Part shown: positions 40,988 to 50,649 of the stretch, one piece after another
How the letters are laid out: the number at the start of each line of letters is the position of its first letter
Position numbering within the stretch: the first letter of the stretch is position 1
IMG/VR virus record: IMGVR_UViG_3300042945_001831
Span: 17,458 to 81,457 of that record
From: a virus
Length of the DNA stretch: 64,000 bases
Strand: one strand, 5' to 3'
Translations under genes and position numbers: made by a program
Notes under the pieces: generated by a model
What the model was told of the DNA's origin: nothing
Databases searched by the model: none
Seen by the model: the letters and a program-made list of their open reading frames with translations, nothing else

Positions 40988-41206
40988 ATGGATAATAGTC
41001 ATCCTGTTTGTAATTTATGTGGAGGTAAAGGATGTGAAAAGTGTCATAGTGGTTGGGAGTGTACTGGAGAAACCTGTAACAAATGTGCTATGGGTTGGGA
41101 ATTGGGATTAGATAAATCAACCATTTCTCAAAAGAGTTCTGGAATAACTCTTAGAACTGTGAATAATTTTGAAAAGACCGTTTGTGAATTAAATTATGAC
41201 AAGTGA
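40988..41206 (+). CDS. Small Cys-rich (Zn-binding) hypothetical protein
   Basis: CNLC..GCEKC.SGWEC...CNKC.MGWE; fills the gap between gp45 and gp44. Confidence 0.55.
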   Translation: MDNSHPVCNLCGGKGCEKCHSGWECTGETCNKCAMGWELGLDKSTISQKSSGITLRTVNNFEKTVCELNYDK

Positions 41207-42140
41207 ATTTCTTTTTGTGGAAAAGTACCGTCCTCAAGTGATTGAGGATTGTATTCTTCCTGATGATACTAAAAAAACATTCAAGGAGTTTGTAGAGAAG
41301 GGTGAGATCCCAAATCTCCTTCTTTCTGGACCTCCTGGTATTGGTAAAACTACAATCGCAAAAGCATTGTGTAATGAGTTGGGAGCAGATTATTATGTCA
41401 TCAACGGATCTGACGAAGGACGTTTCCTGGATACTGTACGGAACCAAGCGAAGAACTTCGCTTCGACCGTCTCACTTACGGGATCTTCTAAACACAAAGT
41501 CATCATCATCGATGAAGCAGATAACACGGGCAACGACGTTCAACTCCTACTACGGGCAAATATTGAGACATTTTATAATAACTGCAGATTCATCTTCACC
41601 TGTAACTACAAGAACAAGATCATCGAACCCCTGCACTCCCGATGTGCCGTCATCGACTTCACAATCAAAGGGAAACAAAAGGCACAACTTGCAGGAGCAT
41701 TCTTCAAAAGAGTTCTTCAAATCCTTGATCAAGAAAGGATTGAATATGATGAAAAGGTTGTTGTAGAACTTGTAACCAAACATTTTCCAGATTTTCGTCG
41801 TGTTCTCAACGAATGTCAAAGGTATTCTACTGGTGGGAAAATTGACACTGGAATTCTTGCATCCTTTTCTGATATTGCCGTAAATGATCTTATTCCTCAC
41901 CTCAAAAATAAAAACTTTCCTGAAGTTAGAAAGTGGGTGGTCTCCAACTTGGACAACGATTCTGGTATCGTTCTTCGCAGGGTGTATGATGCCTGTTATG
42001 GTTGCCTTTCATCCCAATCTATCCCTGCTGCCGTTCTTATTATTGCTAAGTATCAGTATCAGAATGCCTTTTGTGCAGACCAGGAGATTAATCTCCTAGC
42101 GGCATTGACTGAAATTATGTGTGAGTGTCAGTTCCAATGA
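41196..42140 (+). CDS. gp44: Clamp loader large subunit
   Basis: VEKYRP, GPPGIGKTT, IIDEAD and LHSRC. Confidence 0.96.
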   Translation: MTSEFLFVEKYRPQVIEDCILPDDTKKTFKEFVEKGEIPNLLLSGPPGIGKTTIAKALCNELGADYYVINGSDEGRFLDTVRNQAKNFASTVSLTGSSKHKVIIIDEADNTGNDVQLLLRANIETFYNNCRFIFTCNYKNKIIEPLHSRCAVIDFTIKGKQKAQLAGAFFKRVLQILDQERIEYDEKVVVELVTKHFPDFRRVLNECQRYSTGGKIDTGILASFSDIAVNDLIPHLKNKNFPEVRKWVVSNLDNDSGIVLRRVYDACYGCLSSQSIPAAVLIIAKYQYQNAFCADQEINLLAALTEIMCECQFQ

Positions 42141-42346
42141 ATCTATATAAAATCTCATATAAGAATCTAAAAGAAGAATCTATTAAAACAACTCCAGAAA
42201 ATGTAAAGGAGGCAAATGAAGCACTTTTTTATTCTAAAATGAATCTTCCACAGGCAGCAAAGCACTGTGGTATGACGCAGAAAGAAATGAAACTTACTTT
42301 TTTTGAATACCTTAAATATAATAAACCTGATTATGAAATCTCTTAA
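42137..42346 (+). CDS. Small hypothetical protein, possible HTH
   Basis: ATGA overlap with gp44; MNLPQAAKHCGMTQKEM. Confidence 0.65.
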   Translation: MNLYKISYKNLKEESIKTTPENVKEANEALFYSKMNLPQAAKHCGMTQKEMKLTFFEYLKYNKPDYEIS

Positions 42347-43211
42347 GACCCCTTGCCGCTACCCCGGTGGTAAGAGTAGAGCGGTCACTAAAATGGACCA
42401 ATACTTCCCAGATCTTCGCAACTATGATGAATTTCGTGAACCATTTCTTGGTGGAGGATCAGTTGCAATTCACATTACAAAGAAATATCCATACCTTAAG
42501 ATTTGGGTGAACGATCTGTATTCTCCACTTGTAAACTTCTGGCAGCAACTCCAGATGTTTGGGGATGATTTGAAGAATGAACTTAGTGGACTGAAGTTAG
42601 CATATTGTACACCAGAATTAGCAAGAGAATTATTTACAAAGTCAAAGGTACAAATCAATGATGAGTCTGAAACGAACCTTAATCGTGCTGTCGCTTTCTA
42701 TATTGTTAACAAATGTTCTTTTAGTGGTCTTACCGAAAGTTCTTCTTTTTCTCCACAAGCATCAAATAGCAATTTTTCATTGATGGGTATTGAGAAACTC
42801 CCAGAGTATTCAAAGTTAATTGCTAATTGGCGTATAACTAATTACTCCTATGATTATCTAATGGATGGAAACAAGAGTGCTTTTATGTATCTCGACCCTC
42901 CTTATGATATTAAGGATAATCTCTATGGGAATAAAGGATCAATGCACAAAGGATTTGATCACGATAAGTTTGCTGCTGATTGCAATTCCAACAATATGGA
43001 TATGTTGGTAAGTTATAATACTGATCAACTTGTCAAAGATCGTTTCTTAGGTGGAAAATGGAATGCTGCTGAGTTTGATTTGACTTATACAATGCGTTCT
43101 GTTGGTGAATATATGAGAGAGCAAAAACAACGTAAAGAACTGCTACTTTTTAATTATGGAATTGAAGGACTGGTTAAACTCGATCAATCAGACGAAGAAC
43201 AACCTAATTGA
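42333..43211 (+). CDS. dam: D12-class N6-adenine DNA methyltransferase
   Basis: RYPGGKS, EPFLGGGSV and YLDPPY. Confidence 0.92.
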   Translation: MKSLKTPCRYPGGKSRAVTKMDQYFPDLRNYDEFREPFLGGGSVAIHITKKYPYLKIWVNDLYSPLVNFWQQLQMFGDDLKNELSGLKLAYCTPELARELFTKSKVQINDESETNLNRAVAFYIVNKCSFSGLTESSSFSPQASNSNFSLMGIEKLPEYSKLIANWRITNYSYDYLMDGNKSAFMYLDPPYDIKDNLYGNKGSMHKGFDHDKFAADCNSNNMDMLVSYNTDQLVKDRFLGGKWNAAEFDLTYTMRSVGEYMREQKQRKELLLFNYGIEGLVKLDQSDEEQPN

Positions 43212-43536
43212 TGAAGATCCTTCACTTGAGAAGGAATATGCACCATACATTATTAATCGTTGCCTCTCTGGGCATATTGATTGTATTATGTTTGCAAATG
43301 AAATGAATAAGTATAACTTTTTGCCAAAAAAATTACAATATGATTTTTTTATAAATATCATTAGGAACAAGAAGAGATTTTCTCCTTGGATCAAAAAAGA
43401 AACAATTAAAGATCTTGATTATGTTAAAAATTACTATGGATATAGTAATGAAAAAGCACAGCAAGCTTTAAAGATTCTATCTAAAGAACAAATCGACTTC
43501 ATTAAATCTAAATTTGAAACTGGAGGAAAAAAATGA
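43156..43536 (+). CDS. gp62: Clamp loader small subunit
   Basis: YAPYIINRCLS, KRFSPW and YYGYSNEKA. Confidence 0.92.
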   Translation: MELKDWLNSINQTKNNLIDEDPSLEKEYAPYIINRCLSGHIDCIMFANEMNKYNFLPKKLQYDFFINIIRNKKRFSPWIKKETIKDLDYVKNYYGYSNEKAQQALKILSKEQIDFIKSKFETGGKK

Positions 43537-43970
43537 TTGCTGAACCTGAAGTAAAATGGTCTTCTGACCAAATGATTGAAGTATCTTTGAATGAGCCTGA
43601 TGATTTTCTTAAGGTTCGTGAAACTTTAACTCGTATTGGAGTTGCTTCACGAAAAGAAAAAAAGATTTATCAGTCTTGTCATATTCTGCATAAACAGGGA
43701 AAGTATTTTATTGTTCATTTTAAAGAATTATTTGCACTTGATGGCAAACACGCAAATCTTACTTTAAATGACGTACAACGTAGAAATCGTATTGTACAGT
43801 TACTTTCTGATTGGGGACTAATAACTGTTATTTTTCCAGAAAAAGTTACTGATATTGCACCACTTAATCAGATTAAAGTTTTATCTTATAAAGATAAAGA
43901 TGAATGGGAACTTGAAACCAAATATAATATTGGTAAGAAAAAAGTTAAATCGGAAGAGGAAACCGAATAA
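43533..43970 (+). CDS. regA: Translational repressor
   Basis: DDFLKVRETLTRIGVAS and QSCHILHKQGKYFIVHFKELFALDG. Confidence 0.96.
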   Translation: MIAEPEVKWSSDQMIEVSLNEPDDFLKVRETLTRIGVASRKEKKIYQSCHILHKQGKYFIVHFKELFALDGKHANLTLNDVQRRNRIVQLLSDWGLITVIFPEKVTDIAPLNQIKVLSYKDKDEWELETKYNIGKKKVKSEEETE

Positions 43971-44001
43971 AAAAAGACGGGTTTCCTACCCGTCTTTTTT
44001 T
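43969..44001. terminator. Bidirectional intrinsic terminator
   Basis: A-run-GACGGGT-TTCCT-ACCCGTC-T7. Confidence 0.85.
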
Positions 44002-44076
44002 ATGATTTCTTATAATTATATACGGATGCTGAAAAGGTCCACAAAACACAAACTCGCTTTTAAAGGAGCTACCATA

Positions 44077-44517
44077 ATGACTAATCTTGCAACATCGCGG
44101 TTTACTGCGTCTGATCTTCCTGCCTTGATGGACAGAATTACACGCAATAGCATTGGAATGGACGAATATTTTGATCGTCTATTGAATCTTCATGAAACTT
44201 CAACTAATTATCCACCTTATAATCTAATTCAAATTAATACCGTTGAATCTCATCTGGAACTCGCACTAGCAGGATTCAAGAAAGAAGAGGTTAATGTTTT
44301 TACAGAATATGGAAAACTTTTTGTCGAAGGGCAAAAAGCAGATGCTGAATCAGATAGGACGTTTATTCACAAGGGAGTAGCTAGTAGAAGTTTTAAACGA
44401 GTATGGACTTTATCAGATGACACAGAAGTACGTGAAGTTACATTTGAAGACGGACTTTTACGAATCGTACTTGGAAAAATAGTACCAGAGCATCATACTC
44501 GTAAAGATTATCTCTAA
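44077..44517 (+). CDS. hsp20: Small heat shock protein
   Basis: True start at 44077 after AGGAG. NYPPYN, LALAGF, HKGVASRSF and FEDGLL. Confidence 0.95.
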   Translation: MTNLATSRFTASDLPALMDRITRNSIGMDEYFDRLLNLHETSTNYPPYNLIQINTVESHLELALAGFKKEEVNVFTEYGKLFVEGQKADAESDRTFIHKGVASRSFKRVWTLSDDTEVREVTFEDGLLRIVLGKIVPEHHTRKDYL

Positions 44518-44525
44518 ATAGAACT

Positions 44526-44589
44526 GAATATCGTCGTCGCTATGCCACGGGAGGTAACTGGCAAAATCCAGTTGACACCTCCCATTTTT
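44526..44589 (+). ncRNA. Candidate ~60 nt small RNA ending in a terminator-like hairpin
   Basis: CTAAATA at 44514-44520, then a GC-rich leader, then GGGAGGT-AACTGG-caaaat-CCAGTT-gac-ACCTCCC-ATTTTT. Confidence 0.4.
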
Positions 44590-44600
44590 ATTGCTAAAAT
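44572..44600 (+). promoter_or_regulatory. sigma70-type promoter (TTGACA-17-TAAAAT, extended -10) embedded in the hairpin
   Basis: TTGACA at 44572-44577 and TAAAAT at 44595-44600. Confidence 0.75.
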
Positions 44601-44620
44601 TTTAAAAAAGGACATAAAAA

Positions 44621-44995
44621 ATGACTGTAAAGCTTGCATTATTGAAATCTGGTGAAGAAGTTATTTCTGATATTAAAGAATTTAGAGATCCTGATGATAA
44701 TTTAGTTTCTTATCTTTTTAAAAGGCCACATTACGTTAAACTATCTTCTTCTCAAGTATTAGTTGAGGGAGTAGAGCAAACAAAATATAATGCATCATTT
44801 TATAAATGGATGGCACTATCAAAGGATAATGATATTGTTGTTAATTATGATTGGGTAGTTTGTATTGTTGAACCAATTGATGAAATTAAAAAATCTTATG
44901 AGGAGAAAATGAATGGAGCAGGAAATAGTGGAAACGGAATCGGAGATTCTGACACAAGTAATAGTCTTACTGAATCGGTCAATTTTGATCAGTAA
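44621..44995 (+). CDS. Conserved hypothetical protein
   Basis: MTVKLALLKSGEEVI and DWVVCIVEP; usual position after hsp20. Confidence 0.8.
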   Translation: MTVKLALLKSGEEVISDIKEFRDPDDNLVSYLFKRPHYVKLSSSQVLVEGVEQTKYNASFYKWMALSKDNDIVVNYDWVVCIVEPIDEIKKSYEEKMNGAGNSGNGIGDSDTSNSLTESVNFDQ

Positions 44996-45209
44996 GATTC
45001 AGGAAGTATTGGCTGATATTGGTCAACCAGACTGTAGACTTATTTCTCCATATGAAATTGTAACCAGTGAATCTGGGGAAAAAACTCTAGTGAAGTGGTT
45101 AAACAATATTACAAATGATGTTGAAATTATGATTAGTTCAGATAAAATTTTGACTCTCGTTGAGCCAAATGGAAAATTACTTGATGATTATCTAGAAGTT
45201 ACAAAATGA
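44913..45209 (+). CDS. Conserved hypothetical protein
   Basis: DIGQPDCRLISPY and SSDKILTLVEP; precedes gp43. Confidence 0.75.
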   Translation: MEQEIVETESEILTQVIVLLNRSILISKIQEVLADIGQPDCRLISPYEIVTSESGEKTLVKWLNNITNDVEIMISSDKILTLVEPNGKLLDDYLEVTK

Positions 45210-47701
45210 GATTTTATACCAACGTCTATGAAAAATTTAATAAAATGTTGGTTCGTGGTTATGAGGACGGTAGGTATTTCCAATTAGAAGAAGAGTTTCA
45301 ACCAACTCTTTATGTGACTTCTAAAAAACAAAGTAAATACAAAACTCTTGATGGATTAAGTGTTGAACCAATTCAACCTGGAAAGATTTCTGATTGTAAG
45401 GAATTTTTAAAAAAATATGAAAATGTAGAAGGATTTACTGTTTATGGTAATGATAATTACAAAGCACAATATATTTCTGAAACTTATCCAGAAGATGAAA
45501 TTAAGTTTGATATTAAAAAAATTCGTCTCGTAACAATCGACATTGAGGTTGCATCAGAGAATGGATTTCCAAATGTATTTGATTGTGCAGAAGAACTTCT
45601 AGCAATCACATTACAAAATTATTCAACAAAGAATATCATTTGTTTTGCTTCTCGTCCTTATGTTAATACTCGCAAAGATGTAGTATATGTCGAATGTAGA
45701 GATGAAATTGATTTAATTCAGCACTTTCTTGCATTTTGGGAAAGAGAAACTCCTGATGTGATTACAGGTTGGAACTGTGAGTTGTATGATATTCCTTATA
45801 TTGCCGGAAGAATTGATAGAATTCTTGGCGAAAAAGAAGCACGTCGTCTTTCTCCTTGGGGAAATATTCACAAACGAGAACTTGTAATTAAGGGAAGGGA
45901 TCAAATCTTTTATGAGGTTTCTGGAATATCGATTATTGATTACCTTGACCTTTATAAGAAATTTACTTATAAAGCACAGGAATCTTATCGTCTAGACCAT
46001 ATTGCGAATGTGGAACTAGGTCAAAAAAAATTAGACCACTCTGAGTTTGAGACCTTTAAGGATTTTTATACAAAAGATTGGCAAAAATTTATTGATTATA
46101 ATATTCGAGACGTAGAACTTGTAGATCAATTAGAAGACAAGATGAAACTTATCGAACTATGTTTTACGATGGCTTATGACGCAAAAATAAATTTTAATGA
46201 TGTGTTCTTTCAGGTAAGAACTTGGGATGCAATCATTTATAACTATTTAAAAAAAAGAAACATTGTCATTCCTCCTAAAGATCGTTCGGAAAAGAGTGAT
46301 AAATTTGCGGGGGCATATGTTAAGGAACCAAAACCTGGAAAGTATGATTATGTAGTAAGTTTCGATTTGAATTCACTTTATCCGCATTTAATTATGCAAT
46401 ATAATATCTCACCAGAAACTTTGATTGATGCAAGACACCCAAGTGCAACAGTAGATAAAATTTTGAATAAAGAATTGGATCTTTCTGATTATAAAGACTA
46501 TGCAGTATGCCCGAATGGTGCGATGTATCGTAAAGACGTTCGTGGTTTTCTTCCAGAACTAATGGAGAAAATGTATAATGACCGTGTAATTTTTAAGAAA
46601 AAAATGTTGGAGGCAAAACAACAATATGAAAAGTCAAAGACGAAAGAATTAGAAAGGGAAATTTCAAGATGCAACAATATCCAAATGGCAAAAAAGATTT
46701 CTCTTAATAGTGCTTATGGTGCTATTGGAAATCAGTATTTCAGGTATTATAAACTATCAAATGCTGAAGCAATTACAATGTCTGGGCAAGTTTCCATTCG
46801 TTGGATTGAACGTAAAATGAATTCATATTTAAACAAAATTCTTAAAACAAATGATGTTGACTATGTTATTGCTTCAGATACTGATTCTATTTACCTTAAT
46901 ATGGGTCCTTTTGTTGAGACTGTATACAAGGGAAGAGAGAAAACTACTGAAGAAATTGTTGGGTTCCTTGATAAGGTCTGTGCGATGGAATTTGAAAAAT
47001 ATATTGAGAGTTCTTACCAAGAACTGGCTGACTATGTGAATGCATACGACCAGAAAATGCAAATGAAACGGGAAAATATTGCCGACCGTGGAATTTGGAC
47101 TGCCAAGAAACGTTATATCTTGAATGTCTGGGATAGTGAAGGTGTTCGTTATGATGAACCTAAATTAAAAATTATGGGATTGGAAGCAGTTAAATCTTCT
47201 ACTCCTGCACCTTGTCGTCAAAAGATTAAAGATGCTCTTAAAATTGTAATGACCAAAACTGAAGATGAAATGATATCTTTTATAGATAATTTCCGTAAAC
47301 AATTTAATAAACTTTCTCCAGAAGAAATTTCATTTCCACGTTCAATTAATGACGTTGATAAACATAAATGTTCATCAAATCTTTATAGTAAAGGAACTCC
47401 AATTCACGCAAGAGGAGCAATTCTTTATAATCATCTAATTAAAGAAAAGAAATTGGACAAGAAATATGCAAAAATTCAAAATGGCGAGAAGATTAAATTT
47501 TGTTATTTGAAACTTCCAAATCCAATTCGTGAGAATGTAATTTCTTATATTCAAGAATTCCCTAAAGAATTTGGATTAGACAAATACATTGATTATGACC
47601 TACAATTCAGTAAAGCATTTTTGGAACCAATGAAAGTAATTTTGGATGCAATTGAGTGGAATGTAGAAAAAAAAGTTAGTTTAGAATCATTTTTTGAATA
47701 G
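45206..47701 (+). CDS. gp43: Family B DNA polymerase (unsplit)
   Basis: DIEV exonuclease, SFDLNSLYP, KISLNSAYG and SDTDS. Confidence 0.98.
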   Translation: MRFYTNVYEKFNKMLVRGYEDGRYFQLEEEFQPTLYVTSKKQSKYKTLDGLSVEPIQPGKISDCKEFLKKYENVEGFTVYGNDNYKAQYISETYPEDEIKFDIKKIRLVTIDIEVASENGFPNVFDCAEELLAITLQNYSTKNIICFASRPYVNTRKDVVYVECRDEIDLIQHFLAFWERETPDVITGWNCELYDIPYIAGRIDRILGEKEARRLSPWGNIHKRELVIKGRDQIFYEVSGISIIDYLDLYKKFTYKAQESYRLDHIANVELGQKKLDHSEFETFKDFYTKDWQKFIDYNIRDVELVDQLEDKMKLIELCFTMAYDAKINFNDVFFQVRTWDAIIYNYLKKRNIVIPPKDRSEKSDKFAGAYVKEPKPGKYDYVVSFDLNSLYPHLIMQYNISPETLIDARHPSATVDKILNKELDLSDYKDYAVCPNGAMYRKDVRGFLPELMEKMYNDRVIFKKKMLEAKQQYEKSKTKELEREISRCNNIQMAKKISLNSAYGAIGNQYFRYYKLSNAEAITMSGQVSIRWIERKMNSYLNKILKTNDVDYVIASDTDSIYLNMGPFVETVYKGREKTTEEIVGFLDKVCAMEFEKYIESSYQELADYVNAYDQKMQMKRENIADRGIWTAKKRYILNVWDSEGVRYDEPKLKIMGLEAVKSSTPAPCRQKIKDALKIVMTKTEDEMISFIDNFRKQFNKLSPEEISFPRSINDVDKHKCSSNLYSKGTPIHARGAILYNHLIKEKKLDKKYAKIQNGEKIKFCYLKLPNPIRENVISYIQEFPKEFGLDKYIDYDLQFSKAFLEPMKVILDAIEWNVEKKVSLESFFE

Positions 47702-47710
47702 GAAAAAATT

Positions 47711-48715
47711 ATGGATTTTTTAAAAGATATTGTAAAAGAAATTGGTGGAGAATACACACAACTTGCGGCAGATATTGACGAGACTGAATCATATGTGGAC
47801 ACGGGTTCGTACATATTTAATGCTCTTGTATCTGGGAGTATCTTTGGTGGTGTATCTGGTAATAAAATCACTGCAATCGCAGGTGAAAGTTCTACTGGAA
47901 AAACTTTCTTCTCTCTCGCCGTTGTTAAAAATTTCCTTGACAATAATCCTACTGGATATTGTCTGTATTTTGATACTGAAGCAGCAATCACTAAATCCCT
48001 CTTGGAGAGTCGCGGCATCGACACATCAAGGCTTGTCGTGGTTAATGTTGTCACCGTAGAAGAGTTTCGTGGTAAGGCATTAAAAGCAGTTGACCTTTAT
48101 ATGAAGAAACCAGAAGTAGAACGCAGTCCTTGTATGTTTGTTCTAGATTCTCTTGGTATGCTTTCAACCAGTAAAGAGATCAATGATGCTCTGAATGACA
48201 AAGAAGTTAGGGATATGACAAAATCCCAACTGATTAAAGGTGCATTTCGTATGCTTACTCTGAAGTTGGGTCAGGCAAATATTCCTATGATCGTTACTAA
48301 TCATACCTATGATGTCATTGGTTCTTATGTTCCTACCAAAGAGATGGGTGGTGGTAGTGGACTTAAGTATGCTGCTTCTACCATCATTTATCTTTCAAAG
48401 AAAAAAGAGAAAGATGGAACAGAAGTCATTGGAAATATTATCAAGGCAAAGACTGCAAAGTCGCGTTTAAGTAAAGAGAATCAGGAAGTTGAAATTCGTC
48501 TTTTCTATGATGAACGTGGTCTTGATAGGTATTATGGTCTGCTTGAATTGGGTGAACTTGGTGGAATTTGGAAAAATGTTGCGGGTAGATACGAAATGGA
48601 TGGTAAGAAAATTTATGCAAAACAAATCCTTGCAGAACCAGAAAAATATTTTACTCCAGAAGTAATGCAAGCACTTGACGAAATTTCAAGAAAAGAGTTT
48701 AGTTATGGTGTATGA
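47711..48715 (+). CDS. uvsX: RecA-like recombinase
   Basis: [16 protein letters not shown] and MGGGSGLKY. Confidence 0.95.
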   Translation: MDFLKDIVKEIGGEYTQLAADIDETESYVDTGSYIFNALVSGSIFGGVSGNKITAIAGESSTGKTFFSLAVVKNFLDNNPTGYCLYFDTEAAITKSLLESRGIDTSRLVVVNVVTVEEFRGKALKAVDLYMKKPEVERSPCMFVLDSLGMLSTSKEINDALNDKEVRDMTKSQLIKGAFRMLTLKLGQANIPMIVTNHTYDVIGSYVPTKEMGGGSGLKYAASTIIYLSKKKEKDGTEVIGNIIKAKTAKSRLSKENQEVEIRLFYDERGLDRYYGLLELGELGGIWKNVAGRYEMDGKKIYAKQILAEPEKYFTPEVMQALDEISRKEFSYGV

Positions 48716-49257
48716 AAAACATCAGAATTATAAAAACTGGTATTGATATATCCAAGATACTAGAACAACTCAAACAGTACCCAGAAGATTGGGGATCTCA
48801 AAAAAAAATTAAAGGAACCGAACAGTTAGATCCCAAAAAATATATTACAACTGTTGATATTCTTCAATTGATAATGGGTGGAATAGAAAATCAAGGTCAA
48901 TATGTTGGAAATTCTGAAATTTGCATTCAAACACCTGCATATGAAAAGCACACAGAGATTCTTAAATTTTTAAAGACATATTTTAAGAAGATTCGTCGTT
49001 GTGCTTTTCTTTCTTTGCCTATTGGTGAAATTGTTGGAACTCATATTGATGAGGGAACTTACTATCTCACAAAAGATAGATATCATCTTTCCATTCAGGG
49101 AAAATACAAGTATACTGTTGGGGATGAAACTGTGATTGTTGAACCTGGAACTTTCTTTTGGTTTAATAATAAACTTCCCCATAGTGCTGAAAATATTGGT
49201 GATGAAGTTAGAATTACTTTTGTGTTCGATGCTCCACATCACAAACGAAATCCATAG
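48712..49257 (+). CDS. 2OG-Fe(II) oxygenase, Asp/Asn beta-hydroxylase-like
   Basis: HxD...H triad: THIDEG...NKLPHSAEN...RITFVFD. Confidence 0.8.
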   Translation: MKNIRIIKTGIDISKILEQLKQYPEDWGSQKKIKGTEQLDPKKYITTVDILQLIMGGIENQGQYVGNSEICIQTPAYEKHTEILKFLKTYFKKIRRCAFLSLPIGEIVGTHIDEGTYYLTKDRYHLSIQGKYKYTVGDETVIVEPGTFFWFNNKLPHSAENIGDEVRITFVFDAPHHKRNP

Positions 49258-49268
49258 TTAGAGGAGTA

Positions 49269-50645
49269 ATGGAAAAAGTCGAAACTACTATTTTGAGAAA
49301 TTTACTTTTCAATAATGATTATTGTAGAAAAGTATTACCTTTTATTAAAAATGAATATTTTGAAAACCTTCACGAGAAAGTAGTTTTTGAAGAGATTTGT
49401 AAATTTATTGTTGCTTATGAACAACTAGCAACCAAAGAAGTTCTTTTGATTGAAACAGAAAAAAGAACTGATATTACAGAAGATACTTACAAAATTATTT
49501 GTGATTATATTTCTAAACTTGATGATACACCGGCAGATAAACAATGGTTAGTAGATACTACTGAAAAGTGGTGTAAAGACCGAGCAATTTATCTTGCTCT
49601 TATGGAAAGTATTAAAATTGCTGATGGACAAGATGAAAAGAAGTCTAGAGATTCCATTCCAACAATTTTACAAGAAGCACTTTCTATTGGATTTGATAGC
49701 CACATTGGACATGATTACCTAAAAGATTACCAAGAACGATATGACTCTTATCACAGGAAAGAAGACAAAATCCCATTTGATTTGGAATATTTTAACAAAA
49801 TTACCAAAGGGGGCATCCCTAGTAAAACTCTTAACATCGCACTTGCTGGTACGGGTGTCGGGAAATCTTTATTCATGTGCCATGTGGCTAGCTCCGTCTT
49901 GCTCCAAGGACGGAACGTATTGTACATTACGCTTGAGATGGCAGAAGAAAAAATTGCTGAACGAATTGACGCAAATCTTTTAAATGTGAATATTAAAGAT
50001 ATTGAAACATTGCCAAAAATGATGTTTGATACAAAAGTAAATAATATTGCAAAAAAGACACAAGGAACTTTAATTATTAAAGAATATCCAACTGCTTCCG
50101 CACACGCAGGACATTTTAGAGCACTTCTAAATGAACTCTCTCTTAAGAAATCATTTAAACCTGATATTATTTTTATTGACTACCTTAATATTTGTGGATC
50201 CTCAAGATATAAGAGTAATTTTTCAGTTAATTCTTATTCGTATGTCAAAGCAATTGCAGAGGAACTTCGTGGTCTTGCAGTTGAATCAAATGTTCCAATT
50301 GTTTCGGCTACCCAGACTACTCGTAGTGGTTTTTCTAGCTCTGATCCTGACCTTACTGATACTAGTGAGTCCTTTGGTCTCCCTGCTACTGCTGATCTTA
50401 TGTTTGCCCTTATTAGCACAGAAGAGTTGGAACAACTTGGGCAGATTATGGTAAAACAATTGAAGAATCGTTATAATGATCCAACAATGAATAAAAGATT
50501 CGTAGTTGGTATTGATAGAGCAAAAATGCGTCTTTATGATGTGGAGCAAAGTGCTCAAAAGGATATACTTGACTCAGGACAGGAAGAAGAGTATACTTAT
50601 GAAGAATCTAAAAAAACAGACAAATTCTCAGGATTTAAATTTTAA
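49269..50645 (+). CDS. gp41: Replicative helicase (no intein)
   Basis: AGTGVGKS, ITLEM, IDYLNI and SESFGLPATAD. Confidence 0.96.
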   Translation: MEKVETTILRNLLFNNDYCRKVLPFIKNEYFENLHEKVVFEEICKFIVAYEQLATKEVLLIETEKRTDITEDTYKIICDYISKLDDTPADKQWLVDTTEKWCKDRAIYLALMESIKIADGQDEKKSRDSIPTILQEALSIGFDSHIGHDYLKDYQERYDSYHRKEDKIPFDLEYFNKITKGGIPSKTLNIALAGTGVGKSLFMCHVASSVLLQGRNVLYITLEMAEEKIAERIDANLLNVNIKDIETLPKMMFDTKVNNIAKKTQGTLIIKEYPTASAHAGHFRALLNELSLKKSFKPDIIFIDYLNICGSSRYKSNFSVNSYSYVKAIAEELRGLAVESNVPIVSATQTTRSGFSSSDPDLTDTSESFGLPATADLMFALISTEELEQLGQIMVKQLKNRYNDPTMNKRFVVGIDRAKMRLYDVEQSAQKDILDSGQEEEYTYEESKKTDKFSGFKF

Positions 50646-50649
50646 CAAT

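Noticed and set aside
43855-44076. N-terminal extension of hsp20 in the ORF track
   Set aside because: It overlaps regA and crosses a terminator. The SD and family start point to 44077. Extended starts at 50506, 56223, 60710, 22581 and 42303 were trimmed for similar reasons.
22834-50645. Inteins or introns in gp17, gp20, gp43, gp41 and gp46
   Set aside because: Lengths and motif spacing are normal, and no Hint motifs or frame breaks were seen.
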